Assembly (NCBI GenBank): GCA_964349485.1
Contig: CAYGGE010000001.1
Span: 4,665 to 68,664, forward strand
Direction: 5' to 3'
DNA length: 64,000 nucleotides
Origin: an uncultured Candidatus Saccharibacteria bacterium
GTDB lineage: Bacteria; Patescibacteriota; UBA1384; CAYGGE01
This document shows, one piece after another, positions 17,830-27,205 of the stretch (the stretch's first letter is position 1; each line of letters begins with the position of its first letter). The notes beneath the pieces were generated by a model. The model searched no databases and had not been told where the DNA came from. It worked only from the letters and a program-made list of their open reading frames with translations. Position numbers and translations under genes: made by a program.

Positions 17830-20082
17830 ATGACTGGTAGTGTATACTGGGTAGACATGAATAAACCTGATTCTATCCACGCCCTGCTCAAGAAACACTT
17901 TGGTTATGATGCCTTTCGACCCCTTCAAGAAGAGGTGATTAAGACTATTCTCGAGAAACGGGATGCCTTAGTACTCATGCCGACCGGGGGTGGGAAGTCG
18001 TTGTGTTACCAGTTGCCGGCGCTGTATCTACCTGGTTTGACGTTAGTGATATCACCTTTGATTGCACTCATGAAAGATCAGGTCGATTCGTTGCAAGCCA
18101 ATGGCATTGCTGCGGCCTTTCTGAATAGTACCTTGAGCGTCAAAGAGACGAAGCAGATCGAAAAAGAGGCCCAAGGGGGGAAGTTGAAGCTGCTCTACAT
18201 CGCTCCGGAACGCTTAGCGACCGAAAGTTTTCGCGAATTTCTGGGCACGCTCGATGTAAGTCTTTTAGCGATTGACGAAGCCCATTGTATCTCCGAATGG
18301 GGTCACGATTTTCGGCCCGATTACCGCAATTTGAAACGCTTACGTCATCAATTTTCCCGAATTCCCGCCATCGCCTTAACCGCGACGGCGACCGAAAAAG
18401 TGCGGGAAGATATTGTCAGTCAGCTGGAGTTTGAAAAAGCGACGACGTTCATTTCGAGCTTTAATCGAGCGAACTTGACCTATCACGTGCGGCCAAAGCA
18501 ATCGAGCTACGAGAACTTGCTTGAATTATTGAAAAAATACCAGAACGAGCCGGCTATCGTATACTGTTTCTCACGAAAGGATACTGAGAAGTTGGCTATG
18601 GATTTGAATGCGGCCGGTTTCCAGGCGTTGCCATATCACGCGGGGCTATCGGCCGACGACCGAGAAGCTAATCAGAACCAGTTTATTCGCGATGAAGTAC
18701 AGGTTATGGTGGCCACTATCGCCTTTGGCATGGGCATCGATAAGCCCGATGTTCGGCTCATTGTTCATATGGATTTGCCTAAAACACTCGAAGGGTATTA
18801 CCAAGAGACAGGCCGGGCTGGACGCGATGGTTTACCCAGCGAATGCGTCCTTTTTTACTCCTACGGCGACAAGATGAAACAGGATTTCTTTATCAATCAG
18901 CTGGCTGATCCGCGTGAACGAGCCAAAGCACAAGAGAAGGTTGCCCAAGTTATCGACTTCTGTCAGTTGCAGTCCTGCCGGCGCGGTTATCTGCTACGCT
19001 ATTTCGGCGAAGAGTGGGACGAGACCGTGTGCAACGCCTGTGACATCTGCCTCAATCCCCGAGATCAGTTCGATGCGACCGAGATTACGAAGAAGATTCT
19101 TTCGGCGGTCATCCGGACCGGGGAACGGTTTGGGGCGGGCTACGTGATTGAAGTCCTAACCGGCAAGAAGAGTAAGAAGTTGACTGAACGAGCCCACGAT
19201 GAGCTATCGGTCTTCGGGATTGTGACTGAATTTACGGCTTCGCAGCTGCGCCAATTGTTTGCTGCCTTAATCGATAAGCAATTTCTCATGAAAAATGACG
19301 GCGAATATGCAACCTACCGAGTCGGTCCCAACGGTAAGCTCTTTCTGAAGTCAGGGGAGTCGGTGACGTTGTACCAGCCAGCAGCCACTGAAATCTCCAA
19401 AACCCGTCAGAAGACCAATCTCGATTACGACCAGTCGCTCTTTGAGGAACTGCGTAAAAAACGGAAGGAACTGGCTGATGCCCGTGGAGTACCACCGTTC
19501 GTTATCTTTGGCGATGTCACGCTTCAGGAAATGTCCACCTTCTTCCCACAAAGTGCCGAGGCACTTGGTCAGGTTACTGGGGTTGGAGCGGCCAAGCTCA
19601 AACAATTTGGCGACATATTTCTGGCCATCATCCAAACTTATTCAGCAGTCCATGGGCTAGAAGAGAAGATCCGCTTAGTTCGACCATCAAAAAGGAAACC
19701 ACCAATCGTCAGAAGTAACGCCAGTCTCGAGCGAGCCAGTTCAACCTACAATGAGACTAAGCGGTTAATCGAACAAGGACTATCCCTTGAAGCGATCGCC
19801 AAGGAGCGAAGTGTCACGATCGGCACAGTGATCAGCCACATCGAAAAGATTATTGCGCTCGATCCCAAGCTTGATCTCAACCATCTTCGCCCGAAAGCGG
19901 AAAGGGAGTCCTTAATCAACGCCGCCTTCGAGCGCTTCGGCACCGGCTTCCTCTCGCCCGTTCGCCAGCACCTCGGCGAAGACTTCTCGTTCGACGAGAT
20001 CCGTCTAGCTCGTATTATCTATGACCAGCGAGTGGTTAAATTAGGATTACAGACAACTACCAAGCGATGGCTCTTGCCGTGA
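17830..20082 (+). CDS. recQ: ATP-dependent DNA helicase RecQ (with RQC, HRDC and extra C-terminal helix-turn-helix-like extension)
   Basis: Motif I LMPTGGGKSLCYQLPAL, DEAH box DEAHCISEWGHDFRPDY, Zn-binding Cys cluster CRRGYLLRYFGE...CNACDIC, and an HRDC-like region. Confidence 0.92.
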   Translation: MTGSVYWVDMNKPDSIHALLKKHFGYDAFRPLQEEVIKTILEKRDALVLMPTGGGKSLCYQLPALYLPGLTLVISPLIALMKDQVDSLQANGIAAAFLNSTLSVKETKQIEKEAQGGKLKLLYIAPERLATESFREFLGTLDVSLLAIDEAHCISEWGHDFRPDYRNLKRLRHQFSRIPAIALTATATEKVREDIVSQLEFEKATTFISSFNRANLTYHVRPKQSSYENLLELLKKYQNEPAIVYCFSRKDTEKLAMDLNAAGFQALPYHAGLSADDREANQNQFIRDEVQVMVATIAFGMGIDKPDVRLIVHMDLPKTLEGYYQETGRAGRDGLPSECVLFYSYGDKMKQDFFINQLADPRERAKAQEKVAQVIDFCQLQSCRRGYLLRYFGEEWDETVCNACDICLNPRDQFDATEITKKILSAVIRTGERFGAGYVIEVLTGKKSKKLTERAHDELSVFGIVTEFTASQLRQLFAALIDKQFLMKNDGEYATYRVGPNGKLFLKSGESVTLYQPAATEISKTRQKTNLDYDQSLFEELRKKRKELADARGVPPFVIFGDVTLQEMSTFFPQSAEALGQVTGVGAAKLKQFGDIFLAIIQTYSAVHGLEEKIRLVRPSKRKPPIVRSNASLERASSTYNETKRLIEQGLSLEAIAKERSVTIGTVISHIEKIIALDPKLDLNHLRPKAERESLINAAFERFGTGFLSPVRQHLGEDFSFDEIRLARIIYDQRVVKLGLQTTTKRWLLP

Positions 20083-20133
20083 TAAATGATAGGTGTATAC
20101 TCTATGTATATCAAACTACTTAAAGTGTAAGAA

Positions 20134-20394
20134 ATGGGAGGGGTCATGAGTAAAGTAGGTGGCGTTGTTGTCGTTGTTCTCTCGTTACTAGCTGGGTTCG
20201 GCGGTGGATGGACATATCAAGCGACAGTTGGTAAGTCGGCTACTGGCACATCTACCAGTAGCTCATCCACAAAACAGTCTAAGGCAGATTGTCTCAAAGA
20301 AGTTTGGGGTGATGACAAATACGCAGCAATCGGCGCTAACCCAGGCCTCGCTACTACTGAAGATAACCTGGCGGCCCTTAAGTGTTACGAATAA
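20134..20394 (+). CDS. Small secreted/membrane-anchored protein, hypothetical (true start probably ATG 20146)
   Basis: GGGAGGGG RBS overlaps the first ATG, so ATG 20146 (MSKVGGVVVVVLSLLAGFGG...) is better placed. It has a signal/anchor sequence and two Cys. Confidence 0.5.
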   Translation: MGGVMSKVGGVVVVVLSLLAGFGGGWTYQATVGKSATGTSTSSSSTKQSKADCLKEVWGDDKYAAIGANPGLATTEDNLAALKCYE

Positions 20395-20405
20395 GGGAGG
20401 GATAA

Positions 20406-22391
20406 ATGAACCGACTGATCTATAGTCTGGTCGCACTCGCCGTTACATTGTCTACATACGTTATTTCACCAGTCTTTGCCCAAGACGAGACGAAGTCTGA
20501 AACGGCTCCGGTAGAGTTTAGCACAGAGCTCAAAGGCTGTTTGGAGAGTTCAAAGACAGGTATCGGTAAAGAGCTTTACACCGAACTTGCTGACGGAATT
20601 GACGTTGAATTACCCGATGAAGCAAAAAAGAACGCTGATGGTTGTTTTGAACAACACCCACCACAGGCAGTCGGTGGAGCACAAAGTAATCCGACAAATC
20701 TCAGTTTTTCACCAGCCACTGAAGAATGTCTAACTAAAGCCCTAGGCGGCGACTTTAAGTCGAAGATGATTAGCCTCGGCAAAGAAGCTAGGGGTTCTAT
20801 AAGTGGTTGCTTTGGTGTAGGTGTCGTCGGTGGCCCAAAAGGCCTCGATGAATTTAAGAGTTGCGTAACGGCAGCTGTCGGTGAGGCAGACGCAAAAAAG
20901 ATGTTTGAAACCGCTACACCGCCAACGCCCGGATCTCCGTTAAGCACAAAACTCTTTAATGCTGGATGTGGCAAGAAGATGCAACATCAATTTGGTGGCG
21001 AACGGCCTCCCATGCCACCGGAGATGGCAGCCTGTTTTGAAAAGAATGGCTTTAATGTAAAGAGTCAGGTAGTTGAAGACGTTGGTGAAGCCAAGGTAGC
21101 CGAGATTCAGAAGGCCTGTAACATTGGTGGGCCCAATGGACCGGGTGGGGCCAAGGCAGCCGAGATGATGGCCTGTCTCCAAGGCTTAGGTATCGATCCA
21201 AAGCAAGCAACGCGAGGCGCTGCTGCTGGTGTAGTCAGCACTACTGAGATTGAAGCTTCGAAGAAATGTGCGCAACAAGTCGGTTTCCAACCTGGTGGCC
21301 ACGGTGGGTCAATGCCAGAGGATATTCGTCGATGCTTAGAAGGTAAGGGAATCGCGGTTCCTGCACCTCAAGCCATGCGTTCTGGGCATGAATCGCAATT
21401 TAATTCATGGATTCGCAGCAACTTTATCGCTAGCGCACAAGAATCTCCGCCGCCTAGACAGCCGGATAACTTACCGCAAGGCGGTCCACAAGGTGGGCCA
21501 CCCCAGTTAAATCCAGATCAGCAAAAAGAAGCCCAAGGTTGCTTTAGAGGACCGGGCGGTGGCCAAGGCGTAGGACCAGGTGGCCCTGGTAATAATGACC
21601 CAGGACATCAAAAATGTTTCCAGGAAGCTGGCGCCACACCAGGGGCAGGGACACCATTGTCCGAAGATAAGGTTAAATTGGTCCGTGAATGCATGTCAAA
21701 AAACAATATCGGTGGCTTCGGGCCTGGGCCTGGCGGGCCAAATAATGGACAGCCTGGTCCAAATGGACAACCGGGCGGACCAAACTGTGGTGAGCAACAG
21801 AAAGTTAGAGGAGTTGAGAAGATTCGACAATTCTTAGCTCTAGGCCCAGGTGACCGAGAAGGACAAGATCAGCAACCTGGCAACGGCCCACAATGTGGTC
21901 AACATTCTGGTGGACCGAATGGGTCACAGAACGGGCAACGTGAGGGTCAACAACCAGGTCAAAACTGTGGTGAGACACAAAGAGTCAGAGGTATCGCTAA
22001 AATTAGACAGCTCTTAGCTCTAGGCCCAGGTGATCAAGGTCAGCAACCTGGCAACGGACCACAGTGTGGCCAACAGCCGGGTGGACCAAATGGGCCGCAG
22101 GATGGACAACAGCGCCCCATCGAAGGTCAGTTCCAGAACAATCAACCGGGATTCAATGGTCAACAGCCACCCCCTGGTGGTCAACAATTCCAGAACAGCC
22201 AGCAGGGGCCGCAGGACGGACAACAGCGCCCCATCGAAGGTCAGTTCCAGAACAATCAACCGGGATTCAATGGTCAACAGCCACCCCCTGGTGGGCAACA
22301 GTTCCAAGGATCCCAGAGTGGTCAACAACCACCTCCACCGCCTACGAGTGGTCAACAGAATCCTCCACCGGGAGGAATCCCTCCAGTATAG
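20406..22391 (+). CDS. Secreted low-complexity G/P/Q/N-rich tandem-repeat protein, hypothetical surface protein
   Basis: Signal peptide MNRLIYSLVALAVTLSTYVISPVFAQ, a Cys-containing N-terminal half, then degenerate collagen-like repeats (GPGGPNNGQPGPNGQPGG...) and two near-identical 37-aa repeats. Confidence 0.7.
   Translation: MNRLIYSLVALAVTLSTYVISPVFAQDETKSETAPVEFSTELKGCLESSKTGIGKELYTELADGIDVELPDEAKKNADGCFEQHPPQAVGGAQSNPTNLSFSPATEECLTKALGGDFKSKMISLGKEARGSISGCFGVGVVGGPKGLDEFKSCVTAAVGEADAKKMFETATPPTPGSPLSTKLFNAGCGKKMQHQFGGERPPMPPEMAACFEKNGFNVKSQVVEDVGEAKVAEIQKACNIGGPNGPGGAKAAEMMACLQGLGIDPKQATRGAAAGVVSTTEIEASKKCAQQVGFQPGGHGGSMPEDIRRCLEGKGIAVPAPQAMRSGHESQFNSWIRSNFIASAQESPPPRQPDNLPQGGPQGGPPQLNPDQQKEAQGCFRGPGGGQGVGPGGPGNNDPGHQKCFQEAGATPGAGTPLSEDKVKLVRECMSKNNIGGFGPGPGGPNNGQPGPNGQPGGPNCGEQQKVRGVEKIRQFLALGPGDREGQDQQPGNGPQCGQHSGGPNGSQNGQREGQQPGQNCGETQRVRGIAKIRQLLALGPGDQGQQPGNGPQCGQQPGGPNGPQDGQQRPIEGQFQNNQPGFNGQQPPPGGQQFQNSQQGPQDGQQRPIEGQFQNNQPGFNGQQPPPGGQQFQGSQSGQQPPPPPTSGQQNPPPGGIPPV
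22095..22316 (+). repeat. Two tandem about 111-nt near-identical coding repeats (PQDGQQRPIEGQFQNNQPGFNGQQPPPGGQQFQ...)
   Basis: Direct repeat visible in the DNA. It explains the spurious opposite- and alternate-frame ORFs 22020-22446. A second repeat pair (CGEQQKVRGVEKIRQFLALGPGD / CGETQRVRGIAKIRQLLALGPGD) lies at about 21787-22030. Confidence 0.8.
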
Positions 22392-22400
22392 ACAGCTACA

Positions 22401-22428
22401 AGAGCCCGCTAACGCGGGCTCTTTGTTT
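22401..22428 (+). terminator. Rho-independent terminator (9-bp stem AGAGCCCGC/GCGGGCTCT, loop TAAC, TTGTTT tail)
   Basis: Read directly at 22401-22428, 10 nt after the stop of 20406-22391. Confidence 0.75.
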
Positions 22429-22485
22429 AAGTTAAGAATTATTTAATCTGGCCTTTGAGAGACTAGTCGCAAGGGGGATAAAACA

Positions 22486-22902
22486 ATGCGACTTTGGCCT
22501 GCTTTCGCCTGTCTCTTACTCTTGGCAATGGTCGGTAGACGGCCGATACCATCAACTGGCCAATATGTACTCGAGTGCTGGGAACGTAATCTCGCTAAGG
22601 GACAAGATACCTGCTATCTGTGTGGCGCCAATCTTGGTTATGTCAACGAGCAGACACTCTACCTAGACGCCAAATATCGAGCGGGGCGTGACCGCTGGGT
22701 ACCAGCCTATATCGGTATATGTGAGGGTTGTGCGGCGCGATACGGATGGCCGTTGCCAATTAGTCAGCAGAATCAAGCAGTCAAGCACTGGAAAGTAGTC
22801 GAGTACCAATACTTCGGCCCCTTATATCAGACAGCTCCTGATGTTTGGGAGCGACGGCGTAAACAGATTGACAGTGCCCAGGTGACAGCGTCCACCGAGT
22901 AA
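22486..22902 (+). CDS. Small secreted Cys-containing protein, hypothetical
   Basis: Signal peptide MRLWPAFACLLLLAMVG; CYLCGANLGY...CEGCAARYGW is a possible zinc-ribbon-like 4-Cys arrangement. Confidence 0.5.
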   Translation: MRLWPAFACLLLLAMVGRRPIPSTGQYVLECWERNLAKGQDTCYLCGANLGYVNEQTLYLDAKYRAGRDRWVPAYIGICEGCAARYGWPLPISQQNQAVKHWKVVEYQYFGPLYQTAPDVWERRRKQIDSAQVTASTE

Positions 22903-22919
22903 CTTGTAGCGAAGATTTC

Positions 22920-22975
22920 GCAGAAAGATAATAACATCCACAACCAGTTAGGTGTGGATGTTATTATCTTTCTGC
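22920..22975. repeat. 23-bp perfect inverted repeat (GCAGAAAGATAATAACATCCACA-N10-TGTGGATGTTATTATCTTTCTGC) between convergent genes; overlaps the last 4 codons of the recombinase gene
   Basis: Arms at 22920-22942 and 22953-22975, read directly. It is a bidirectional terminator and/or a recombinase-associated site. Confidence 0.7.
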
Positions 22976-24061
22976 AAAATCTTCTTGAGAGGCCGAGTGG
23001 AATTTTTTATGAACATCAAGTAACTGTTTATTGGTTACGTGGGTGTAGATTTGAGTGGTCGTGATAGAGGAGTGGCCGAGGAGTTGTTGGACTGAGCGGA
23101 TATCGGCGCCGTTACTTAGCAGATCAGTCGCGAAGGAATGCCGAAGCGTGTGAGGGTGAATATCTTTGGTAATGCCGGCCGCTTTGGCATATTTTTTAAC
23201 GATCCGTTGGATGGAGCGGGGAGTGAGTCGGAGCTGTGAAACCGCATCGCCACTAATTTTGACTGGGTAGTCACCTTCGGAGGCACCGTTTTTGGCTCCT
23301 TTATGCCCAATTCTTGGGGCAAAGGCGGCCGAAACCGCTTTCTTGCCATGACGGATGAAGAGAGCCGGGTCTTTATCTCGACGACGCTTCAAGTAGTTAG
23401 CCAGGGCGGCATTGGCATGATCGGAAATGAAGACTAGACGAGCTTTACCACCTTTGCCTATTACTGTTAGCTCTTCGGTCTTAAGATTCAATTGGTCTCG
23501 ATCGAGATTGGTTAATTCAGCAACTCGTAGACCGGTCGAGAATAGGGTAGCAAGTAGTGCAGCGTCACGAGCTCCAATAAGCGTAGTTGCTTTTGGTGCC
23601 TCGACAAGACGAACCAGTTCTTCTGGTTCGAGATAACTGATTTCTCGGTCAGGCGTGTCGGCTAGTTCAATCCGTTCAGGAGAGAGAGTAGTCACATCGC
23701 GTTTGGCGAGGAACTTTAAGAAGGAGCGGAGGGCGATTAGGTGGTAGTTCTGGGTAGATTTGGACAATGTATCGAAGGGCGATACACTTGTGGATAAGTT
23801 AGGGTTGGGGAGCCGATTCAACCATAAGCGATAATCGTGTATTCCCTCTTGAGTTATTTTTTCTGGATTTGAAATTTGTCTACTGTCACAAAATTGTAGA
23901 AACCGTTCCAGATAATGTGCGTAATTACTGACTGTCAGCGGTGAGTGTCCCCTATCCACTTCACAATATTCTAAAAACAGTCGCACCCATTGCGAAAGCG
24001 GTTTAGTGGGGCCGGCTGGTAGCGTATCTTTCAAGATCGGCTCGAGACTATCTGGTGGCAT
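22964..24061 (-). CDS. Tyrosine site-specific recombinase, XerC/XerD family (with about 40-aa internal insertion)
   Basis: N-terminal Xer-type SAM-like domain (LFLEYCEVDRGHSPLTVSNYAHYLERFLQF). The C-terminal catalytic box is HTLRHSFATDLLSNGADIRSVQQLLGHSSITTTQIYTHV with R..H..R..Y residues. At 365 aa it is longer than typical XerC/D. Confidence 0.85.
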   Translation of the reverse strand: MPPDSLEPILKDTLPAGPTKPLSQWVRLFLEYCEVDRGHSPLTVSNYAHYLERFLQFCDSRQISNPEKITQEGIHDYRLWLNRLPNPNLSTSVSPFDTLSKSTQNYHLIALRSFLKFLAKRDVTTLSPERIELADTPDREISYLEPEELVRLVEAPKATTLIGARDAALLATLFSTGLRVAELTNLDRDQLNLKTEELTVIGKGGKARLVFISDHANAALANYLKRRRDKDPALFIRHGKKAVSAAFAPRIGHKGAKNGASEGDYPVKISGDAVSQLRLTPRSIQRIVKKYAKAAGITKDIHPHTLRHSFATDLLSNGADIRSVQQLLGHSSITTTQIYTHVTNKQLLDVHKKFHSASQEDFAER

Positions 24062-24225
24062 CTTCCCCTCACATAAAGTTCAGTTCATAGTGCTATAAAA
24101 ACAAAATTGTGCGACATAATACGATTATAAGGTATCGGATAGCGGGTAGCAAGTATCGGCACAAAATTACTAATTCCTAATCTCCTACTTTAACCTCCTC
24201 CCTATTTCTGCTACACTACTTCCAT

Positions 24226-24795
24226 ATGCAATCCTTGATTACGCTTGATCAGAACCTTTCCGCGGTCTTCTCCACCTTCGTTGGAGATCATTTTTTATTG
24301 GCCACCACCTTCAAGATCCTTGGAGTAGGATTGGTCTACCTAATCCCCCTGATTCTGCTGACAATGTGGTTTACAGCCTCTCGTAAGATAGCGCTACAGG
24401 CGATGATAGCAGGTGTATTTGCCTGGGAAGGGCTTAGTAAAGTTATCGCCAATGCCGTCAATCGTGACCGCCCAGCGATGAGTCAGATCGGAGCCAAAGA
24501 GCTCATCTTTCATAGACCCGATACCTCTTTCCCTTCCGATCACGCCGCCTTTCTCGTTGCGATTACCGTAACATTTTACCTCATGGGCCAGAAGAGATAT
24601 GGTCATCTCGCTTTGGTGATGGCATTAATCGTTGGCATCTCACGAGTCGGCATCGGTGTTCACTTTCCTGGCGATATCTTAGCTGGCTACCTAGTCGGTA
24701 CTGTCACTGCCCTACTCTTTCACATGATTCGTCAACCACTAGACCGTTACGTTATCGAGCCATTGATTAAAATAGCCCGCAAGTTACACATATAG
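24226..24795 (+). CDS. PAP2-family phosphatase (BcrC/PgpB-like undecaprenyl-diphosphate phosphatase candidate)
   Basis: PAP2 motifs: ...NRDRP (KX6RP), PSDHA (PSGH) and SRVGIGVHFPGDI (SRX5HX3D). Six TM helices. Confidence 0.8.
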   Translation: MQSLITLDQNLSAVFSTFVGDHFLLATTFKILGVGLVYLIPLILLTMWFTASRKIALQAMIAGVFAWEGLSKVIANAVNRDRPAMSQIGAKELIFHRPDTSFPSDHAAFLVAITVTFYLMGQKRYGHLALVMALIVGISRVGIGVHFPGDILAGYLVGTVTALLFHMIRQPLDRYVIEPLIKIARKLHI

Positions 24796-24807
24796 TAAGG
24801 TTGTCCT

Positions 24808-25410
24808 ATGGAAGTACTAACTGAGTATATTCTAACTTTTGGTTATATTGCCCTTTTAGCAACGATCTACGCCGAAAGTGGTCTGTTTTTCGCTTTTTTT
24901 CTGCCAGGTGACTCATTGTTGTTCACCGCCGGGATCTTCGCCGCCAGAGGCGATCTCAACATCGTTGCTATCTGCATCGGCTGTTTTGTAGCGGCCATAC
25001 TCGGCAATCAAACCGGCTACTGGTTTGGAGCGAAGGTCGGAAAAAGTTTGTACAATAAGCCAGACTCATTCTTGTTTCGTAAAGAGCATATCAAGAAGAC
25101 CCAGGCATTCTTCGACCAATACGGTAGCACGGCGATAGTCATCGCCCGATTCGCCCCAGTGATTAGAACCTTCGCCCCTATCCTCGCCGGTGTTGTAGCC
25201 ATGGACTACAAACGATTCACCCTATTTAACATCCTGGGGAGCGTGCTTTGGGCTATCTTAATCCCCTTACTGGGTTATTGGCTGGGCAATGTCATCCCCG
25301 ATATCGATCGTTATCTCTTGCCGATCCTCGCCGTACTGATTATCGGCTCACTATTACCGGCAATCTGGCACCTATGGCCTAAGAAAAAGAGTGGTCATGA
25401 TCAAGTTTGA
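24808..25410 (+). CDS. DedA-family (VTT/SNARE-associated domain) membrane protein
   Basis: FLPGDSLLFTAGIFAA...GYWFG...ARFAPVIRTFAPILAGV is a canonical DedA core. Confidence 0.85.
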   Translation: MEVLTEYILTFGYIALLATIYAESGLFFAFFLPGDSLLFTAGIFAARGDLNIVAICIGCFVAAILGNQTGYWFGAKVGKSLYNKPDSFLFRKEHIKKTQAFFDQYGSTAIVIARFAPVIRTFAPILAGVVAMDYKRFTLFNILGSVLWAILIPLLGYWLGNVIPDIDRYLLPILAVLIIGSLLPAIWHLWPKKKSGHDQV

Positions 25411-26686
25411 GAGTCATGTCTTAGATAACGGCCTACGAGTCTTCCTGGCTCCAATGCATGAGACCAAAGCAGTCACTGTTTTGTTCTTAATGAATGTCGG
25501 TTCCCGTTACGAAACCGCCAAGCAGAATGGACTTTCCCATTTTCTTGAGCATATGTTCTTTAAGGGAACGGGACTACGGCCAACAACTTTGGACATTTCT
25601 CAGGAGCTCGACACCCTGGGTGCTGAATACAATGCTTTCACTGGTGAAGAGTACACTGGCTATTACGTCGCCACTGCAGGAGTGCATTTTAACATTGCTT
25701 TTGATGTCTTAGCCGACATGATATATGAATCAAAATTTGAGCCTAAGGAGATTGAGAAGGAAAAAGGGGTCATCGTTGAAGAGATCAAGATGTATCACGA
25801 CAACCCAAATTCGTATCTCAATCAGATCGCTAAGACCTTAGTCTACGGCGACACGCCTCTTGGTCGGGACATCGCCGGCACGCCAGAAACTGTCCGATCA
25901 TTTAACCGAGATGATTTCTTGAGCTATCGTCAGCAGTACTATGGGCCGAGCAACACCATTGTGGTCATCGCCGGTAATCCAGTCAATCACGACTGGTTGA
26001 AGATTGTCGACGCAGGATTGAGTCACATTCCAGCCGGGTCGGTAAAACAATTTGAGCATCCAGCTAAGATGACCGACGGCCATGTGGTGGCCATTGGCCA
26101 TAAGCCGATCAAACAGGTTCATCTTAACCTTATGCACTACGCCTTTGGTCACAAAGATCCTCGGGTACCGGCCATGAGTGTCTTGTCGAATATTCTTGGT
26201 GGCACCATGAGTAGTCGGCTATTTATCGAGGTTCGGGAGAAGCGCGGTCTCGCCTACTATGTCCGCAGTTCTTTAGATACCTTTCATGATATCGGCACTT
26301 TCGACTGTACCGCTGGGGTTGATCCAGAGAAATTAAATGAGGCCTTAGGATTGATGATCACCGAGATCGATCGTCTGAAAACAGAGCCGGTTGGCGAGAT
26401 TGCCTTAGCTCGCGCCAAACAGAATATCCAAGGTCGGATGAGCCTACGACTCGAAGACTCTCACTCAATCGCCCGCTACATCGCGAGTGAGGAACTTGAG
26501 ATGGGTGAGGTCGTTCAACCCGAAGCTTATCTCGAAAGGATTGAAAAAGTGACAGAAAAGGATATTATTGAGCTGGCCAATGACCTTTTAATTACAGATA
26601 ACCGGCGAATAGCCGTTGTTGGGCCACTCGATGAAGCAAAGATAGACGAATTAACGGAAATCATTCTAGAAACTAAGAAAGGATAA
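25391..26686 (+). CDS. M16-family zinc peptidase (insulinase/pitrilysin-like)
   Basis: Inverted zinc motif HxxEH within GLSHFLEHMFFKGT, the downstream Glu in the EE region, 431 aa. It overlaps dedA by 20 nt. Confidence 0.85.
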   Translation: MVMIKFESHVLDNGLRVFLAPMHETKAVTVLFLMNVGSRYETAKQNGLSHFLEHMFFKGTGLRPTTLDISQELDTLGAEYNAFTGEEYTGYYVATAGVHFNIAFDVLADMIYESKFEPKEIEKEKGVIVEEIKMYHDNPNSYLNQIAKTLVYGDTPLGRDIAGTPETVRSFNRDDFLSYRQQYYGPSNTIVVIAGNPVNHDWLKIVDAGLSHIPAGSVKQFEHPAKMTDGHVVAIGHKPIKQVHLNLMHYAFGHKDPRVPAMSVLSNILGGTMSSRLFIEVREKRGLAYYVRSSLDTFHDIGTFDCTAGVDPEKLNEALGLMITEIDRLKTEPVGEIALARAKQNIQGRMSLRLEDSHSIARYIASEELEMGEVVQPEAYLERIEKVTEKDIIELANDLLITDNRRIAVVGPLDEAKIDELTEIILETKKG

Positions 26687-26690
26687 TATT

Positions 26691-27158
26691 ATGACCATGC
26701 AACGAACCCTGATCATCATCAAACCCGACGCGATTAACCGTGGTCTCGCGGGCGAGATACTCTCTCGATTCGAGAATAAAGGCCTCAAAATTGTTGGCAT
26801 GAAGATGAAGCACTTGGAAGATGCCGAACTAGAAGAACATTATAGTCATATTAAAGACAAGCCGTTCTTTCCTGCGCTCCGCGATTTCATGAAGCACTCT
26901 CCCTCACTCGTTATCTGTCTCGAGGGTAACGGTGTGGTTGACGCGGTCCGCTTGATGTGCGGCCCAACCCACGGCCTCCAGGCAGCTCCTGGAACGATTC
27001 GCGGTGACTTTTCGATGAGTATTCAACAGAACGTCGTCCACGCCTCAGAGAGCGACGAGATGGCCGAATCCGAGATCAAGCGTTTCTTCACTACTGAAGA
27101 GCTCTTCGACTACCCACGCGTCGATGCCGAAATGATCTACTCGCAGGAAGAACGCTAA
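26691..27158 (+). CDS. ndk: Nucleoside diphosphate kinase
   Basis: TLIIIKPDAINRGLAGEILSRFE...GLKIVGMK, Kpn loop and active-site His context NVVHASES. Confidence 0.9.
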   Translation: MTMQRTLIIIKPDAINRGLAGEILSRFENKGLKIVGMKMKHLEDAELEEHYSHIKDKPFFPALRDFMKHSPSLVICLEGNGVVDAVRLMCGPTHGLQAAPGTIRGDFSMSIQQNVVHASESDEMAESEIKRFFTTEELFDYPRVDAEMIYSQEER

Positions 27159-27205
27159 GAACATCTTTTCTAGCCTTTTCCCCTGCACTTAGGTAATATA
27201 ACCCT

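Noticed and set aside
22020-22446. ORF-track entries on the opposite strand and in alternate frames (22020-22355 -, 22030-22446 +, 22064-22435 +)
   Set aside because: They lie entirely inside the tandem coding repeats of the 20406-22391 gene. Repeat periodicity produces long open shadow frames.
22964-24061. Integrase-bounded genomic island or integrated mobile element around the Xer-like recombinase
   Set aside because: Flanked on both sides by housekeeping genes (recQ upstream, PAP2/DedA/ndk downstream) with no tRNA and no direct repeats seen. It was kept only as a low-confidence note about the adjacent palindrome.
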